Shown: piece after piece, positions 1 through 13,300 of the stretch | How the letters are laid out: each line of letters starts with the position of its first letter | How positions within the stretch are numbered: the stretch's first letter is position 1 | DNA from: Escherichia coli | GTDB lineage: Bacteria > Pseudomonadota > Gammaproteobacteria > Enterobacterales > Enterobacteriaceae | Reading direction: 5' to 3' (one strand) | Assembly (NCBI RefSeq): GCF_003018115.1 | Contig: NZ_CP027457.1 | Length of the DNA stretch: 64,000 bases | Notes under the pieces: generated by a model | The model's database searches: none | Seen by the model: only the letters and a program-made list of their open reading frames with translations | What the model was told of the DNA's origin: nothing | Translations under genes and position numbers: made by a program

Positions 1-513
1 CGTCGCTTGGCAAAACTGCCAAAACCGGTGATCTGTGCAGTCAATGGCGTGGCGGCAGGGGCTGGCGCAACACTGGCACTGGGTTGCGACATCGTTATTG
101 CTGCCCGTTCAGCAAAATTCGTCATGGCTTTTAGTAAGTTAGGCTTAGTACCCGATTGCGGTGGAACCTGGTTACTGCCACGCGTTGCTGGGCGAGCGCG
201 CGCCATGGGGCTGGCACTGCTGGGGAATCAACTGAGTGCTGAACAGGCGCACGAATGGGGGATGATCTGGCAGGTTGTTGATGATGAAACGCTGGCAGAT
301 ACCGCGCAACAGCTGGCGCGGCATCTGGCGACACAACCGACATTTGGTCTTGGACTTATCAAGCAAGCGATAAATAGCGCTGAAACCAATACGCTTGATA
401 CGCAACTGGATCTGGAACGCGACTATCAGCGACTTGCCGGACGGAGCGCAGATTATCGTGAAGGTGTCAGTGCGTTCCTGGCTAAACGCTCACCGCAGTT
501 CACGGGGAAATAG
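1..513 (+). CDS. paaG: 1,2-epoxyphenylacetyl-CoA isomerase (enoyl-CoA hydratase/isomerase family), 5' end outside window
   Basis: Open frame from window start to TAG at 511-513; C-terminal sequence ...AFLAKRSPQFTGK matches crotonase-fold PaaG; followed 1 nt later by paaH. Confidence 0.85.
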   Translation, partial: RRLAKLPKPVICAVNGVAAGAGATLALGCDIVIAARSAKFVMAFSKLGLVPDCGGTWLLPRVAGRARAMGLALLGNQLSAEQAHEWGMIWQVVDDETLADTAQQLARHLATQPTFGLGLIKQAINSAETNTLDTQLDLERDYQRLAGRSADYREGVSAFLAKRSPQFTGK

Positions 514-514
514 C

Positions 515-1942
515 ATGATGATAAATGTGCAAACTGTGGCAGTGATTGGGAGCGGCACCATGGGGGCAGGCATTGCTGAAGTTGCTGCCAGTCATGGACA
601 CCAGGTTTTACTGTATGACATTTCTGCTGAAGCGCTGACCCGCGCAATCGACGGGATACACGCGCGGCTAAATTCACGCGTGACGCGGGGAAAACTGACT
701 GCTGAAACCTGTGAACGCACATTGAAACGCCTGATCCCGGTGACCGATATTCACGCGCTGGCAGCTGCGAATCTGGTTATTGAAGCGGCGTCTGAACGTC
801 TGGAAGTCAAAAAAGCGCTCTTTGCACAGCTGGCGGAAGTTTGCCCGCCACAAACGCTATTGACCACTAACACTTCGTCAATCTCTATAACCGCGATTGC
901 TGCGGAGGTAAAAAATCCTGAACGTGTTGCGGGGCTGCATTTTTTTAACCCGGCACCGGTGATGAAGTTGGTGGAGGTGGTCAGTGGGCTGGCAACGGCA
1001 GCGGAAGTTGTTGAGCAGTTGTGTGAACTGACATTGAGTTGGGGTAAGCAGCCTGTGCGCTGTCATTCGACTCCTGGATTTATCGTTAACCGTGTTGCGC
1101 GTCCTTATTATTCCGAGGCCTGGCGGGCACTGGAAGAGCAGGTTGCTACACCAGAAGTGATTGACGCTGCACTTCGCGATGGCGCTGGTTTCCCGATGGG
1201 GCCGCTGGAATTAACCGATCTGATTGGTCAGGACGTCAATTTTGCTGTCACCTGTTCGGTGTTTAACGCTTTCTGGCAGGAGCGTCGTTTTTTACCTTCG
1301 CTGGTGCAACAGGAACTGGTGATTGGTGGACGGTTGGGCAAGAAAAGTGGGCTGGGCGTGTACGACTGGCGCGCGGAACGTGAGGCAGTTGTTGGCCTGG
1401 AAGCGGTAAGCGACAGTTTTAGCCCAATGAAAGTAGAAAAGAAAAGTGACGGTGTCACAGAAATTGACGATGTTTTATTGATTGAGACACAAGGCGAGAC
1501 GGCACAGGCGCTGGCAATACGACTGGCACGCCCGGTGGTAGTAGTCGACAAAATGGCGGGCAAGGTGGTGACCATTGCTGCGGCAGCGGTGAACCCGGAC
1601 TCAGCGACCCGCAAGGCCATTTATTACCTGCAACAGCAGGGCAAAACAGTGCTGCAAATTGCAGATTACCCAGGAATGCTGATTTGGCGAACGGTAGCAA
1701 TGATCATCAATGAAGCCCTTGATGCGCTGCAAAAAGGCGTGGCCTCTGAACAGGATATCGATACCGCCATGCGTCTTGGGGTGAATTATCCATATGGCCC
1801 GCTTGCCTGGGGAGCGCAACTTGGCTGGCAGCGAATATTAAGGCTCCTGGAAAATCTACAACATCACTATGGCGAAGAACGCTATCGCCCATGTTCATTG
1901 CTGCGCCAACGGGCGCTTCTGGAGAGCGGTTATGAGTCATAA
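515..1942 (+). CDS. paaH: 3-hydroxyadipyl-CoA dehydrogenase (NAD-binding)
   Basis: ATG at 515 (MMINVQTVAVIGSGTMGAGIAEVAA, Rossmann GxGxxG); the listed ORF start at 395 overlaps paaG and is rejected; 475 aa. Confidence 0.9.
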   Translation: MMINVQTVAVIGSGTMGAGIAEVAASHGHQVLLYDISAEALTRAIDGIHARLNSRVTRGKLTAETCERTLKRLIPVTDIHALAAANLVIEAASERLEVKKALFAQLAEVCPPQTLLTTNTSSISITAIAAEVKNPERVAGLHFFNPAPVMKLVEVVSGLATAAEVVEQLCELTLSWGKQPVRCHSTPGFIVNRVARPYYSEAWRALEEQVATPEVIDAALRDGAGFPMGPLELTDLIGQDVNFAVTCSVFNAFWQERRFLPSLVQQELVIGGRLGKKSGLGVYDWRAEREAVVGLEAVSDSFSPMKVEKKSDGVTEIDDVLLIETQGETAQALAIRLARPVVVVDKMAGKVVTIAAAAVNPDSATRKAIYYLQQQGKTVLQIADYPGMLIWRTVAMIINEALDALQKGVASEQDIDTAMRLGVNYPYGPLAWGAQLGWQRILRLLENLQHHYGEERYRPCSLLRQRALLESGYES

Positions 1943-2354
1943 GGCCTGGCAAAATGCCCATGCAATGTATGAGAACGATGCCTGCGCCAAAGCGCTTGGC
2001 ATCGACATTATCTCAATGGATGAAGGCTTTGCTGTAGTGACCATGACCGTCACTGCACAAATGCTTAATGGTCATCAAAGTTGCCACGGCGGGCAGCTAT
2101 TTTCACTGGCTGATACTGCCTTTGCCTACGCCTGCAATAGCCAGGGGCTGGCAGCCGTCGCTTCTGCCTGCACGATTGATTTTTTGCGTCCAGGCTTTGC
2201 CGGAGACACCTTAACTGCTACTGCGCAGGTACGTCATCAGGGCAAGCAAACCGGTGTTTACGACATCGAAATTGTTAACCAACAACAAAAAACGGTTGCG
2301 CTGTTTCGCGGTAAATCTCACCGCATCGGCGGCACCATTACAGGAGAAGCCTGA
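1932..2354 (+). CDS. paaI: hydroxyphenylacetyl-CoA thioesterase (hotdog fold)
   Basis: Internal ATG of ORF 1869-2354 giving MSHKAWQNAHAMYEND..., 140 aa; overlaps paaH 3' end as in paa operon. Confidence 0.85.
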   Translation: MSHKAWQNAHAMYENDACAKALGIDIISMDEGFAVVTMTVTAQMLNGHQSCHGGQLFSLADTAFAYACNSQGLAAVASACTIDFLRPGFAGDTLTATAQVRHQGKQTGVYDIEIVNQQQKTVALFRGKSHRIGGTITGEA

Positions 2355-3559
2355 TGCGTGAAGCCTTTATTTGTGACGGAATTCGTACGCCAATTGGTCG
2401 CTACGGTGGGGGATTATCAGGTGTTCGGGCTGATGATCTGGCTGCTATCCCTTTGCGGGAACTGCTGGTGCGAAACCCGCGTCTCGATGCGGAATGTATC
2501 GATGATGTGATCCTCGGCTGTGCTAATCAGGCGGGAGAAGATAACCGTAACGTAGCCCGGATGGCGACTTTACTGGCGGGGCTGCCGCAGAGTGTTTCCG
2601 GCACAACCATTAACCGCTTGTGTGGTTCCGGGCTGGACGCACTGGGGTTTGCCGCACGGGCGATTAAAGCGGGCGATGGCGACTTGCTGATCGCCGGTGG
2701 CGTGGAATCAATGTCACGAGCGCCGTTTGTTATGGGCAAGGCAGCCAGTGCATTTTCTCGTCAGGCTGAGATGTTCGATACCACTATTGGCTGGCGATTT
2801 GTGAACCCGCTCATGGCTCAACAATTTGGAACTGACAGCATGCCGGAAACGGCAGAAAATGTAGCTGAACTGTTAAAAATCTCACGAGAAGATCAAGATA
2901 GTTTTGCACTACGCAGTCAGCAACGTACGGCAAAAGCGCAATCCTCAGGCATTCTGGCTGAGGAGATTGTTCCGGTTGTGTTGAAAAACAAGAAAGGTGT
3001 TGTAACAGAAATACAACATGATGAGCATCTGCGCCCGGAAACGACACTGGAACAGTTACGTGGGCTGAAAGCACCGTTTCGTGCCAATGGGGTGATCACC
3101 GCAGGCAATGCCTCCGGGGTGAATGACGGAGCCGCTGCGTTGATTATTGCCAGTGAACAGATGGCAGCAGCGCAAGGACTGACACCGCGAGCGCGTATCG
3201 TAGCCATGGCAACCGCCGGGGTGGAACCGCGCCTGATGGGGCTTGGTCCGGTGCCTGCAACTCGCCGGGTGCTGGAACGCGCGGGGCTGAGTATTCACGA
3301 TATGGACGTGATTGAACTGAACGAAGCATTCGCGGCCCAGGCGTTGGGTGTACTACGCGAATTGGGGCTGCCTGATGATGCCCCACATGTTAACCCCAAC
3401 GGAGGCGCTATCGCCTTAGGCCATCCGTTGGGAATGAGTGGTGCCCGCCTGGCACTGGCTGCCAGCCATGAGCTGCATCGGCGTAACGGTCGTTACGCAT
3501 TGTGCACCATGTGCATCGGTGTCGGTCAGGGCATCGCCATGATTCTGGAGCGTGTTTGA
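2354..3559 (+). CDS. paaJ: 3-oxoadipyl-CoA / 3-oxo-5,6-dehydrosuberyl-CoA thiolase
   Basis: 401-aa ORF; thiolase motifs ([17 protein letters not shown]); ATG overlaps paaI stop (ATGA). Confidence 0.9.
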   Translation: MREAFICDGIRTPIGRYGGGLSGVRADDLAAIPLRELLVRNPRLDAECIDDVILGCANQAGEDNRNVARMATLLAGLPQSVSGTTINRLCGSGLDALGFAARAIKAGDGDLLIAGGVESMSRAPFVMGKAASAFSRQAEMFDTTIGWRFVNPLMAQQFGTDSMPETAENVAELLKISREDQDSFALRSQQRTAKAQSSGILAEEIVPVVLKNKKGVVTEIQHDEHLRPETTLEQLRGLKAPFRANGVITAGNASGVNDGAAALIIASEQMAAAQGLTPRARIVAMATAGVEPRLMGLGPVPATRRVLERAGLSIHDMDVIELNEAFAAQALGVLRELGLPDDAPHVNPNGGAIALGHPLGMSGARLALAASHELHRRNGRYALCTMCIGVGQGIAMILERV

Positions 3560-3585
3560 GCATATCAACCTGCGAGTACCCTACA

Positions 3586-4899
3586 ATGATAACCAATACA
3601 AAGCTTGACCCGATTGAAACCGCGTCTGTTGATGAGTTACAGGCGTTGCAAACACAGCGTCTGAAATGGACGCTCAAACACGCGTATGAAAATGTCCCGA
3701 TGTATCGGCGCAAATTCGACGCAGCAGGCGTACATCCTGATGATTTCAGGGAACTTTCAGACCTGCGTAAATTTCCCTGTACCACCAAACAGGATCTGCG
3801 CGACAACTATCCTTTCGACACCTTTGCCGTGCCGATGGAACAAGTGGTGCGCATTCATGCTTCTTCGGGAACCACAGGTAAACCGACAGTTGTCGGCTAT
3901 ACGCAAAACGATATTGATAACTGGGCCAATATTGTAGCGCGTTCGTTGCGTGCGGCGGGTGGCACGCCCAAAGACAAAATTCATGTCGCCTATGGTTACG
4001 GGCTGTTTACTGGTGGGCTGGGTGCGCACTATGGTGCCGAACGTCTGGGCGCTACGGTGATCCCGATGTCTGGCGGGCAGACAGAAAAACAAGCGCAACT
4101 GATCCGCGATTTTCAACCAGATATGATCATGGTTACGCCATCTTATTGCCTTAACCTGATTGAAGAGCTGGAGCGGCAGTTGGGCGGTGATGCCAGCGGT
4201 TGCTCGCTGCGGGTTGGCGTGTTTGGTGCTGAGCCGTGGACACAGGCCATGCGTAAAGAGATTGAACGGCGTCTGGGGATCACCGCACTGGATATTTATG
4301 GCCTGTCAGAAGTGATGGGGCCGGGGGTGGCGATGGAGTGTCTGGAAACTACCGACGGCCCAACTATTTGGGAAGATCATTTCTATCCTGAAATTGTTAA
4401 TCCTCATGACGGCACACCGCTTGCCGATGGCGAACATGGCGAACTGTTATTCACCACGCTGACCAAAGAAGCATTGCCGGTCATTCGTTACCGCACGCGT
4501 GATTTAACCCGACTGTTACCAGGAACGGCGCGGACTATGCGCCGTATGGATCGCATCAGCGGACGTAGCGATGACATGTTGATCATTCGCGGTGTAAATG
4601 TCTTCCCGTCACAACTGGAAGAAGAGATTGTCAAATTTGAACATTTATCGCCGCATTACCAACTGGAGGTGAACCGCCGGGGGCATCTTGATTCACTTTC
4701 TGTGAAAGTGGAGTTGAAAGAAAGTAGCCTGACATTGACGCATGAGCAGCGTTGCCAGGTGTGCCACCAGCTACGCCATCGGATTAAGTCGATGGTGGGG
4801 ATTTCTACCGATGTGATGATCGTTAACTGTGGCAGTATCCCGCGTTCAGAAGGCAAGGCGTGTCGGGTGTTTGATCTGCGCAATATTGTTGGTGCCTGA
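3586..4899 (+). CDS. paaK: phenylacetate-CoA ligase
   Basis: Internal ATG giving MITNTKLDPIETASVDELQALQ..., 437 aa; adenylate-forming motif SSGTTGKPT. Confidence 0.9.
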   Translation: MITNTKLDPIETASVDELQALQTQRLKWTLKHAYENVPMYRRKFDAAGVHPDDFRELSDLRKFPCTTKQDLRDNYPFDTFAVPMEQVVRIHASSGTTGKPTVVGYTQNDIDNWANIVARSLRAAGGTPKDKIHVAYGYGLFTGGLGAHYGAERLGATVIPMSGGQTEKQAQLIRDFQPDMIMVTPSYCLNLIEELERQLGGDASGCSLRVGVFGAEPWTQAMRKEIERRLGITALDIYGLSEVMGPGVAMECLETTDGPTIWEDHFYPEIVNPHDGTPLADGEHGELLFTTLTKEALPVIRYRTRDLTRLLPGTARTMRRMDRISGRSDDMLIIRGVNVFPSQLEEEIVKFEHLSPHYQLEVNRRGHLDSLSVKVELKESSLTLTHEQRCQVCHQLRHRIKSMVGISTDVMIVNCGSIPRSEGKACRVFDLRNIVGA

Positions 4900-4902
4900 C
4901 GT

Positions 4903-4952
4903 GTCGTATGGCCCTGGTGGGGTAAAGCGCCAGGGCCAGAAGTCGATACGAC
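4903..4952. promoter_or_regulatory. interrupted GC-rich stem-loop between paaK and paaX (8-bp core stem GGCCCTGG/CCAGGGCC with flanking GTCGTAT/ATACGAC arms); possible attenuator or REP-like element
   Basis: Inverted repeat read directly from sequence; no U-tract follows, so not a canonical intrinsic terminator. Confidence 0.3.
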
Positions 4953-4999
4953 CTGTGCTATGATTCATAAATCACAACAATAACAACAGACTGAATCGA

Positions 5000-5950
5000 A
5001 TGAGTAAACTTGATACTTTTATCCAACATGCTGTAAACGCTGTTCCGGTCAGTGGCACATCTTTGATCTCCTCTCTGTATGGTGATTCGCTTTCCCATCG
5101 TGGTGGTGAAATCTGGCTGGGTAGTCTGGCGGCTTTGCTGGAAGGGCTGGGATTTGGTGAGCGTTTCGTGCGCACCGCTTTGTTTCGTCTTAATAAAGAA
5201 GGCTGGCTGGATGTTTCCCGCATCGGGCGACGCAGTTTCTATAGCCTCAGTGATAAAGGCTTGCGCCTGACGCGACGGGCAGAAAGTAAAATTTATCGCG
5301 CAGAGCAACCTGCATGGGATGGTAAATGGCTCCTGTTGCTCTCGGAAGGTTTAGATAAAGCGACGCTGGCTGATGTCAAAAAGCAGTTGATCTGGCAAGG
5401 TTTTGGCGCACTGGCACCCAGCCTGATGGCATCGCCGTCGCAAAAACTGGCGGATGTACAGACACTTTTGCATGAAGCGGGTGTGGCGGATAACGTGATT
5501 TGTTTTGAAGCGCAAATACCACTGGCGCTTTCTCGTGCAGCACTGCGTGCCAGAGTGGAAGAGTGCTGGCATTTAACTGAACAAAATGCCATGTACGAAA
5601 CCTTTATTCAGTCATTCCGCCCGCTGATGCCGCTGTTAAAAGAGACGGCAGACGAGTTAACCCCGGAGCGTGCATTTCATATTCAGCTTTTACTGATCCA
5701 TTTTTATCGCCGTGTCGTCCTTAAAGACCCATTGTTGCCGGAGGAGTTGCTTCCGGCTCACTGGGCAGGGCATACGGCGCGTCAGCTGTGTATCAACATT
5801 TATCAGCGCGTAGCGCCTGCTGCTTTAGCGTTCGTTAGTGAAAAAGGTGAAACCTCGGTCGGTGAACTGCCTGCGCCGGGAAGCCTGTATTTTCAACGTT
5901 TTGGCGGCTTGAATATTGAACAGGAGGCGTTATGCCAATTTATCAGATAG
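5000..5950 (+). CDS. paaX: phenylacetyl-CoA-responsive transcriptional repressor of the paa operon
   Basis: 316-aa [22 protein letters not shown]...; position after paaK. Confidence 0.9.
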   Translation: MSKLDTFIQHAVNAVPVSGTSLISSLYGDSLSHRGGEIWLGSLAALLEGLGFGERFVRTALFRLNKEGWLDVSRIGRRSFYSLSDKGLRLTRRAESKIYRAEQPAWDGKWLLLLSEGLDKATLADVKKQLIWQGFGALAPSLMASPSQKLADVQTLLHEAGVADNVICFEAQIPLALSRAALRARVEECWHLTEQNAMYETFIQSFRPLMPLLKETADELTPERAFHIQLLLIHFYRRVVLKDPLLPEELLPAHWAGHTARQLCINIYQRVAPAALAFVSEKGETSVGELPAPGSLYFQRFGGLNIEQEALCQFIR

Positions 5951-6522
5951 ACGGTCTGACTCCAGTTGTGCCAGAAGAGAGTTTTGTCCATCCGACAGCG
6001 GTATTGATCGGCGATGTTATTCTCGGCAAGGGCGTTTACGTTGGGCCAAATGCCAGTCTGCGTGGCGATTTTGGTCGTATCGTGGTGAAAGATGGTGCGA
6101 ACATTCAGGATAATTGCGTTATGCACGGTTTTCCCGAGCAGGATACTGTCGTTGAAGAAGATGGACATATTGGTCATAGCGCTATCCTTCACGGCTGCAT
6201 TATCCGCCGCAATGCATTAGTGGGAATGAACGCGGTAGTGATGGACGGTGCGGTGATTGGCGAGAACAGCATTGTTGGCGCATCCACATTTGTGAAAGCC
6301 AAAGCAGAAATGCCTGCTAATTACCTGATTGTAGGCAGCCCGGCGAAAGCGATTCGTGAACTTAGTGAGCAGGAGCAGGCATGGAAAAAGCAGGGTACGC
6401 ATGAGTATCAGGTGCTGGTGACACGCTGTAAGCAGACGTTGCATCAAGTTGAGCCATTGCGGGAAGTTGAATCCGGCAGGAAACGCCTGGTATTTGATGA
6501 GAATCTGCGACCAAAACAGTAA
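5932..6522 (+). CDS. paaY: hexapeptide-repeat (gamma-carbonic-anhydrase-like) thioesterase
   Basis: 196-aa [32 protein letters not shown]...; overlaps paaX 3' end. Confidence 0.85.
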   Translation: MPIYQIDGLTPVVPEESFVHPTAVLIGDVILGKGVYVGPNASLRGDFGRIVVKDGANIQDNCVMHGFPEQDTVVEEDGHIGHSAILHGCIIRRNALVGMNAVVMDGAVIGENSIVGASTFVKAKAEMPANYLIVGSPAKAIRELSEQEQAWKKQGTHEYQVLVTRCKQTLHQVEPLREVESGRKRLVFDENLRPKQ

Positions 6523-6564
6523 CGTCCAGATACTGAACATTCTAATTTTTAGCATGTGATCCCT

Positions 6565-6600
6565 AAACCGCAACGCTGATACAGGTTGCGGTTTATTATT
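6565..6600 (+). terminator. rho-independent terminator after paaY (AAACCGCAAC...GTTGCGGTTT then T-rich tract)
   Basis: 10-bp stem with 10-nt loop followed by TATTATT. Confidence 0.5.
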
Positions 6601-6764
6601 GCCGGATGCGGTGCTTGATGCGTCTTTTGCTGCCTAATGTTTTGGTGTCTTTCAGGATAACAGAGCAACTCATCCAGTAATCTTGTTTACGCCTTCGCAT
6701 TATTTATCTCTTTTCGTTTCTATACTGATTTTTCTTAATCCGTTTTATTACAGGGCAGGGTGCG

Positions 6765-7625
6765 ATGAGCAGCAATACATTTACTCTCGGTACTAAATCC
6801 GTTAACCGTCTTGGTTATGGCGCGATGCAACTGGCAGGTCCTGGGGTTTTTGGTCCCCCAAGAGATCGCCACGTCGCTATAACCGTGCTGCGTGAGGCGC
6901 TGGCATTGGGCGTCAATCACATTGATACCAGCGATTTTTATGGTCCGCACGTCACCAATCAGATTATCCGCGAAGCGCTTTATCCTTACTCTGACGACCT
7001 GACAATTGTCACTAAAATTGGTGCGCGGCGTGGAGAGGACGCTTCCTGGTTGCCCGCCTTTTCTTCGGCAGAGCTGCAAAAAGCGGTACACGATAATCTA
7101 CGTAATCTCGGCCTGGACGTACTGGATGTGGTTAACCTGCGCGTGATGATGGGGGATGGTCATGGCCCAGCGGAAGGATCGATTGAAGCCAGCCTGACCG
7201 TGCTGGCAGAGATGCAACAACAAGGCCTGGTAAAACATATTGGCCTGAGCAACGTCACACCGACGCAGGTTGCAGAGGCGCGTAAGATTACCGAAATTGT
7301 CTGTGTGCAAAACGAATACAACATTGCTCATCGTGCTGATGACGCAATGATTGATGCTTTGACCCGCGAAGGTATTGCCTATGTGCCGTTCTTCCCGCTC
7401 GGGGGCTTTACGCCGCTGCAATCCGCCACGCTTTCTGATGTTGCAGCGAGCCTGGGTGCAACACCCATGCAGGTGGCGCTGGCGTGGCTGTTACAACGTT
7501 CACCGAATATTTTGCTGATCCCAGGGACGTCTTCTGTTGCGCATTTACGGGAGAATATGGCTGCTGAAAAATTGCATCTTTCTGAGGATGTGTTGTCTAC
7601 GTTGGATAGTATTTCGCGAGAATAA
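6765..7625 (+). CDS. ydbC: aldo-keto reductase family NAD(P)-dependent oxidoreductase
   Basis: 286-aa ORF; AKR motifs (LGYGAMQL, IDTSDFYGP). Confidence 0.85.
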   Translation: MSSNTFTLGTKSVNRLGYGAMQLAGPGVFGPPRDRHVAITVLREALALGVNHIDTSDFYGPHVTNQIIREALYPYSDDLTIVTKIGARRGEDASWLPAFSSAELQKAVHDNLRNLGLDVLDVVNLRVMMGDGHGPAEGSIEASLTVLAEMQQQGLVKHIGLSNVTPTQVAEARKITEIVCVQNEYNIAHRADDAMIDALTREGIAYVPFFPLGGFTPLQSATLSDVAASLGATPMQVALAWLLQRSPNILLIPGTSSVAHLRENMAAEKLHLSEDVLSTLDSISRE

Positions 7626-7634
7626 CGAATATAC

Positions 7635-7671
7635 AAAAGGGAAAGATGCATTTCCCTTTTGTTTCTTTTTT
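7635..7671 (+). terminator. rho-independent terminator after ydbC (AAAAGGGAAA/TTTCCCTTTT stem then T-run)
   Basis: Hairpin followed by TTTGTTTCTTTTTT. Confidence 0.5.
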
Positions 7672-7688
7672 AATGGCATGGAGTGCAT

Positions 7689-7920
7689 ATGTTTAAGCCC
7701 AGGATTTGCAGCTGGATAGGTTTACTTCTCCTGTTTATGCTGAGTACTTCCAGTACAGGCGGAACTTCGATGTGTTGCAAATGCAGTTGATATTGAACCA
7801 TTTTTTTCTGCGGCTACCGCTGAAGATAAACAACAAGTTGAACAAGCTATCAACAGTAGCGTGAATCTTGTCCCTTCGGTTTATCTGCATCGGACTGGAA
7901 AGTGCATCGTGGCGATTTAG
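7689..7920 (+). pseudogene. decayed ORF remnant: 33-codon signal-peptide-like ORF (MFKPRICSWIGLLLLFMLSTSS...) then protein-like sequence continuing in a second frame (...AEDKQQVEQAINSSVNLVPSVYLHRTGK) before the 7902 ORF
   Basis: Three successive frames each carry short protein-like stretches separated by stops; read directly from sequence. Confidence 0.3.
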
Positions 7921-9362
7921 TGGTAGAAGGTAATATAGAGAGTAATCAAAAATTGATTGTTCTTGGCAATTTGACAGTCAAAGGTAATATTTCCACTTTC
8001 TCTCTTTCTAATCCATGGGTTATTCTCGGTAACGTGACGGCAACGAATATAGTTACGGATTCACCACTGTTAATTACCGGTTCGATAAATGCAAGTGGAC
8101 TGGTATTTATCGACTCATATTACGATAATCCGTCTACGATTAAGGGGAGTATTAATGCGCGTGGGATATTTATCAATGACATAATTGCACCTGTTGTTGC
8201 GTCTTCGACAAATAGTGAATTCATGGTCCGTGCGAGTGACAAAAATGACACTGAAAATGTCAAAAAAGCGCTGATGATAATAAATCCTGATGCATATTAT
8301 TGGGGTCTAATTAATGATGAAGATGCTCTGAAAGAAATTTTTAAGCGAAGCAATATTCGCATGGCAGGGAATGTCTGTAATCAGATGAAAAAAGAAGCGC
8401 TGTTTCGCCCTAAGCCTTCTCCTGAGTTAGTGCAGGAATTGCAAATGCTGGATGAAGGCAACGTTGCTGCATTTGAAGGACGAGATATTGCGACATTTGA
8501 TCTTGCCATAATGCGAACTCTCCCAAGGCTTAAAGGAATTTCAGCTAACCTACGCAAACAACTTATTGTTACATTACGTATTCGTACCTGGTGGGGTATC
8601 GTCATTTGTTTTTCACTGGTGATTTCAGGTCCACGCTGGATGACGTTGACGTTTTTTGCGCTGATAAGTTTTCTGGCATTGAAAGAATATTGTACGCTTA
8701 TATCCGTACATTTTCCGCGTTGGTTATATTTGGTTATTCCTCTTAACTATTTGCTTATCGGTTTTAATTGCTTTGAGCTGTTTCTGTTATTTATACCTTT
8801 GACTGGGTTTCTGATATTAGCCACCTGGCGAGTTTTTGTGGGTGATCCCTCCGGTTTTCTGCATATCGTGAGCGCCATTTTTTGGGGCTGGATAATGACC
8901 GTTTTCGCCTTGAGTCATACCGCCTGGCTATTAATGTTGCCAACCATAAATATCCAGGGCGGGGCGTTACTGGTGTTATTTCTTTTGGCGTTAACCGGGT
9001 CAAACAATATTGCACAGTATTTATGGGGGAAATCCTGCGGCAGAAGAAAAGTGGTCCCCAAAGTCAGCCCGGGAAAAACGCTGGAAGGTCTGGTGGGGGG
9101 CGTCATCACCACCATGATTGCGTCACTGATTATTGGGCCGTTGCTGACACCGCTAAATACATTACAGGCATTATTAGCGGGTTTGTTAATTGGTATTAGT
9201 GGTTTTTGCGGCGATGTAGTGATGTCAGCCATCAAACGAGATATTGGTGTTAAAGATAGTGGAAAACTATTACCAGGACATGGCGGACTCCTTGACAGGA
9301 TTGACTCATTAATTTTCACCGCTACGGTATTTTTTTATTTTATTCGCTACTGCTGTTACTGA
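7902..9362 (+). CDS. ynbB: CdsA-family (CDP-diglyceride synthase-like, YnbB-type) integral membrane protein carrying an unusual soluble N-terminal extension of about 200 aa with G-N-I/V repeats (beta-helix/bactofilin-like)
   Basis: C-terminal half has the phosphatidate cytidylyltransferase signature (PKVSPGKTLEG ... GHGGLLDRIDS) and multiple TM helices; start is uncertain, an internal ATG at 8445 with AGGA 8 nt upstream is an alternative. Confidence 0.6.
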   Translation: MHRGDLVVEGNIESNQKLIVLGNLTVKGNISTFSLSNPWVILGNVTATNIVTDSPLLITGSINASGLVFIDSYYDNPSTIKGSINARGIFINDIIAPVVASSTNSEFMVRASDKNDTENVKKALMIINPDAYYWGLINDEDALKEIFKRSNIRMAGNVCNQMKKEALFRPKPSPELVQELQMLDEGNVAAFEGRDIATFDLAIMRTLPRLKGISANLRKQLIVTLRIRTWWGIVICFSLVISGPRWMTLTFFALISFLALKEYCTLISVHFPRWLYLVIPLNYLLIGFNCFELFLLFIPLTGFLILATWRVFVGDPSGFLHIVSAIFWGWIMTVFALSHTAWLLMLPTINIQGGALLVLFLLALTGSNNIAQYLWGKSCGRRKVVPKVSPGKTLEGLVGGVITTMIASLIIGPLLTPLNTLQALLAGLLIGISGFCGDVVMSAIKRDIGVKDSGKLLPGHGGLLDRIDSLIFTATVFFYFIRYCCY

Positions 9363-9377
9363 AGGAAAATAGAGAAA

Positions 9378-12441
<3,064 letters not shown>

Positions 12442-12450
12442 GTGGATTGA

Positions 12451-12480
12451 GATGTGGACTGAATATCTACAGTCCACATC
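12451..12480. terminator. stem-loop between convergent ynbD and azoR (GATGTGGACTG / CAGTCCACATC)
   Basis: 11-bp perfect inverted repeat with 8-nt loop; weak U-tract. Confidence 0.35.
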
Positions 12481-12494
12481 AAGACCGTGTCCGG

Positions 12495-13109
<615 letters not shown>

Positions 13110-13300
13110 TTATAGATATTTGAATGGGCGATGCCCCGTTGCTTGTTGACACTTTATTCACAATCCTGCCACAGAGATAGCGCAATAAATCGAAGCCTAT
13201 GTTCGAATTTATTGAACAACGCATAGAAAGCTGCGATGTGGTACTCTATATCTATCATTTAAAAGAAAATTAATCAGGCAGCCTACTGCCCACTAACGTT

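Noticed and set aside
395-514. Upstream extension of the paaH ORF to 395
   Set aside because: Would overlap paaG by about 120 nt in another frame; the ATG at 515 gives the canonical MMINVQTVAVIGSG N-terminus.
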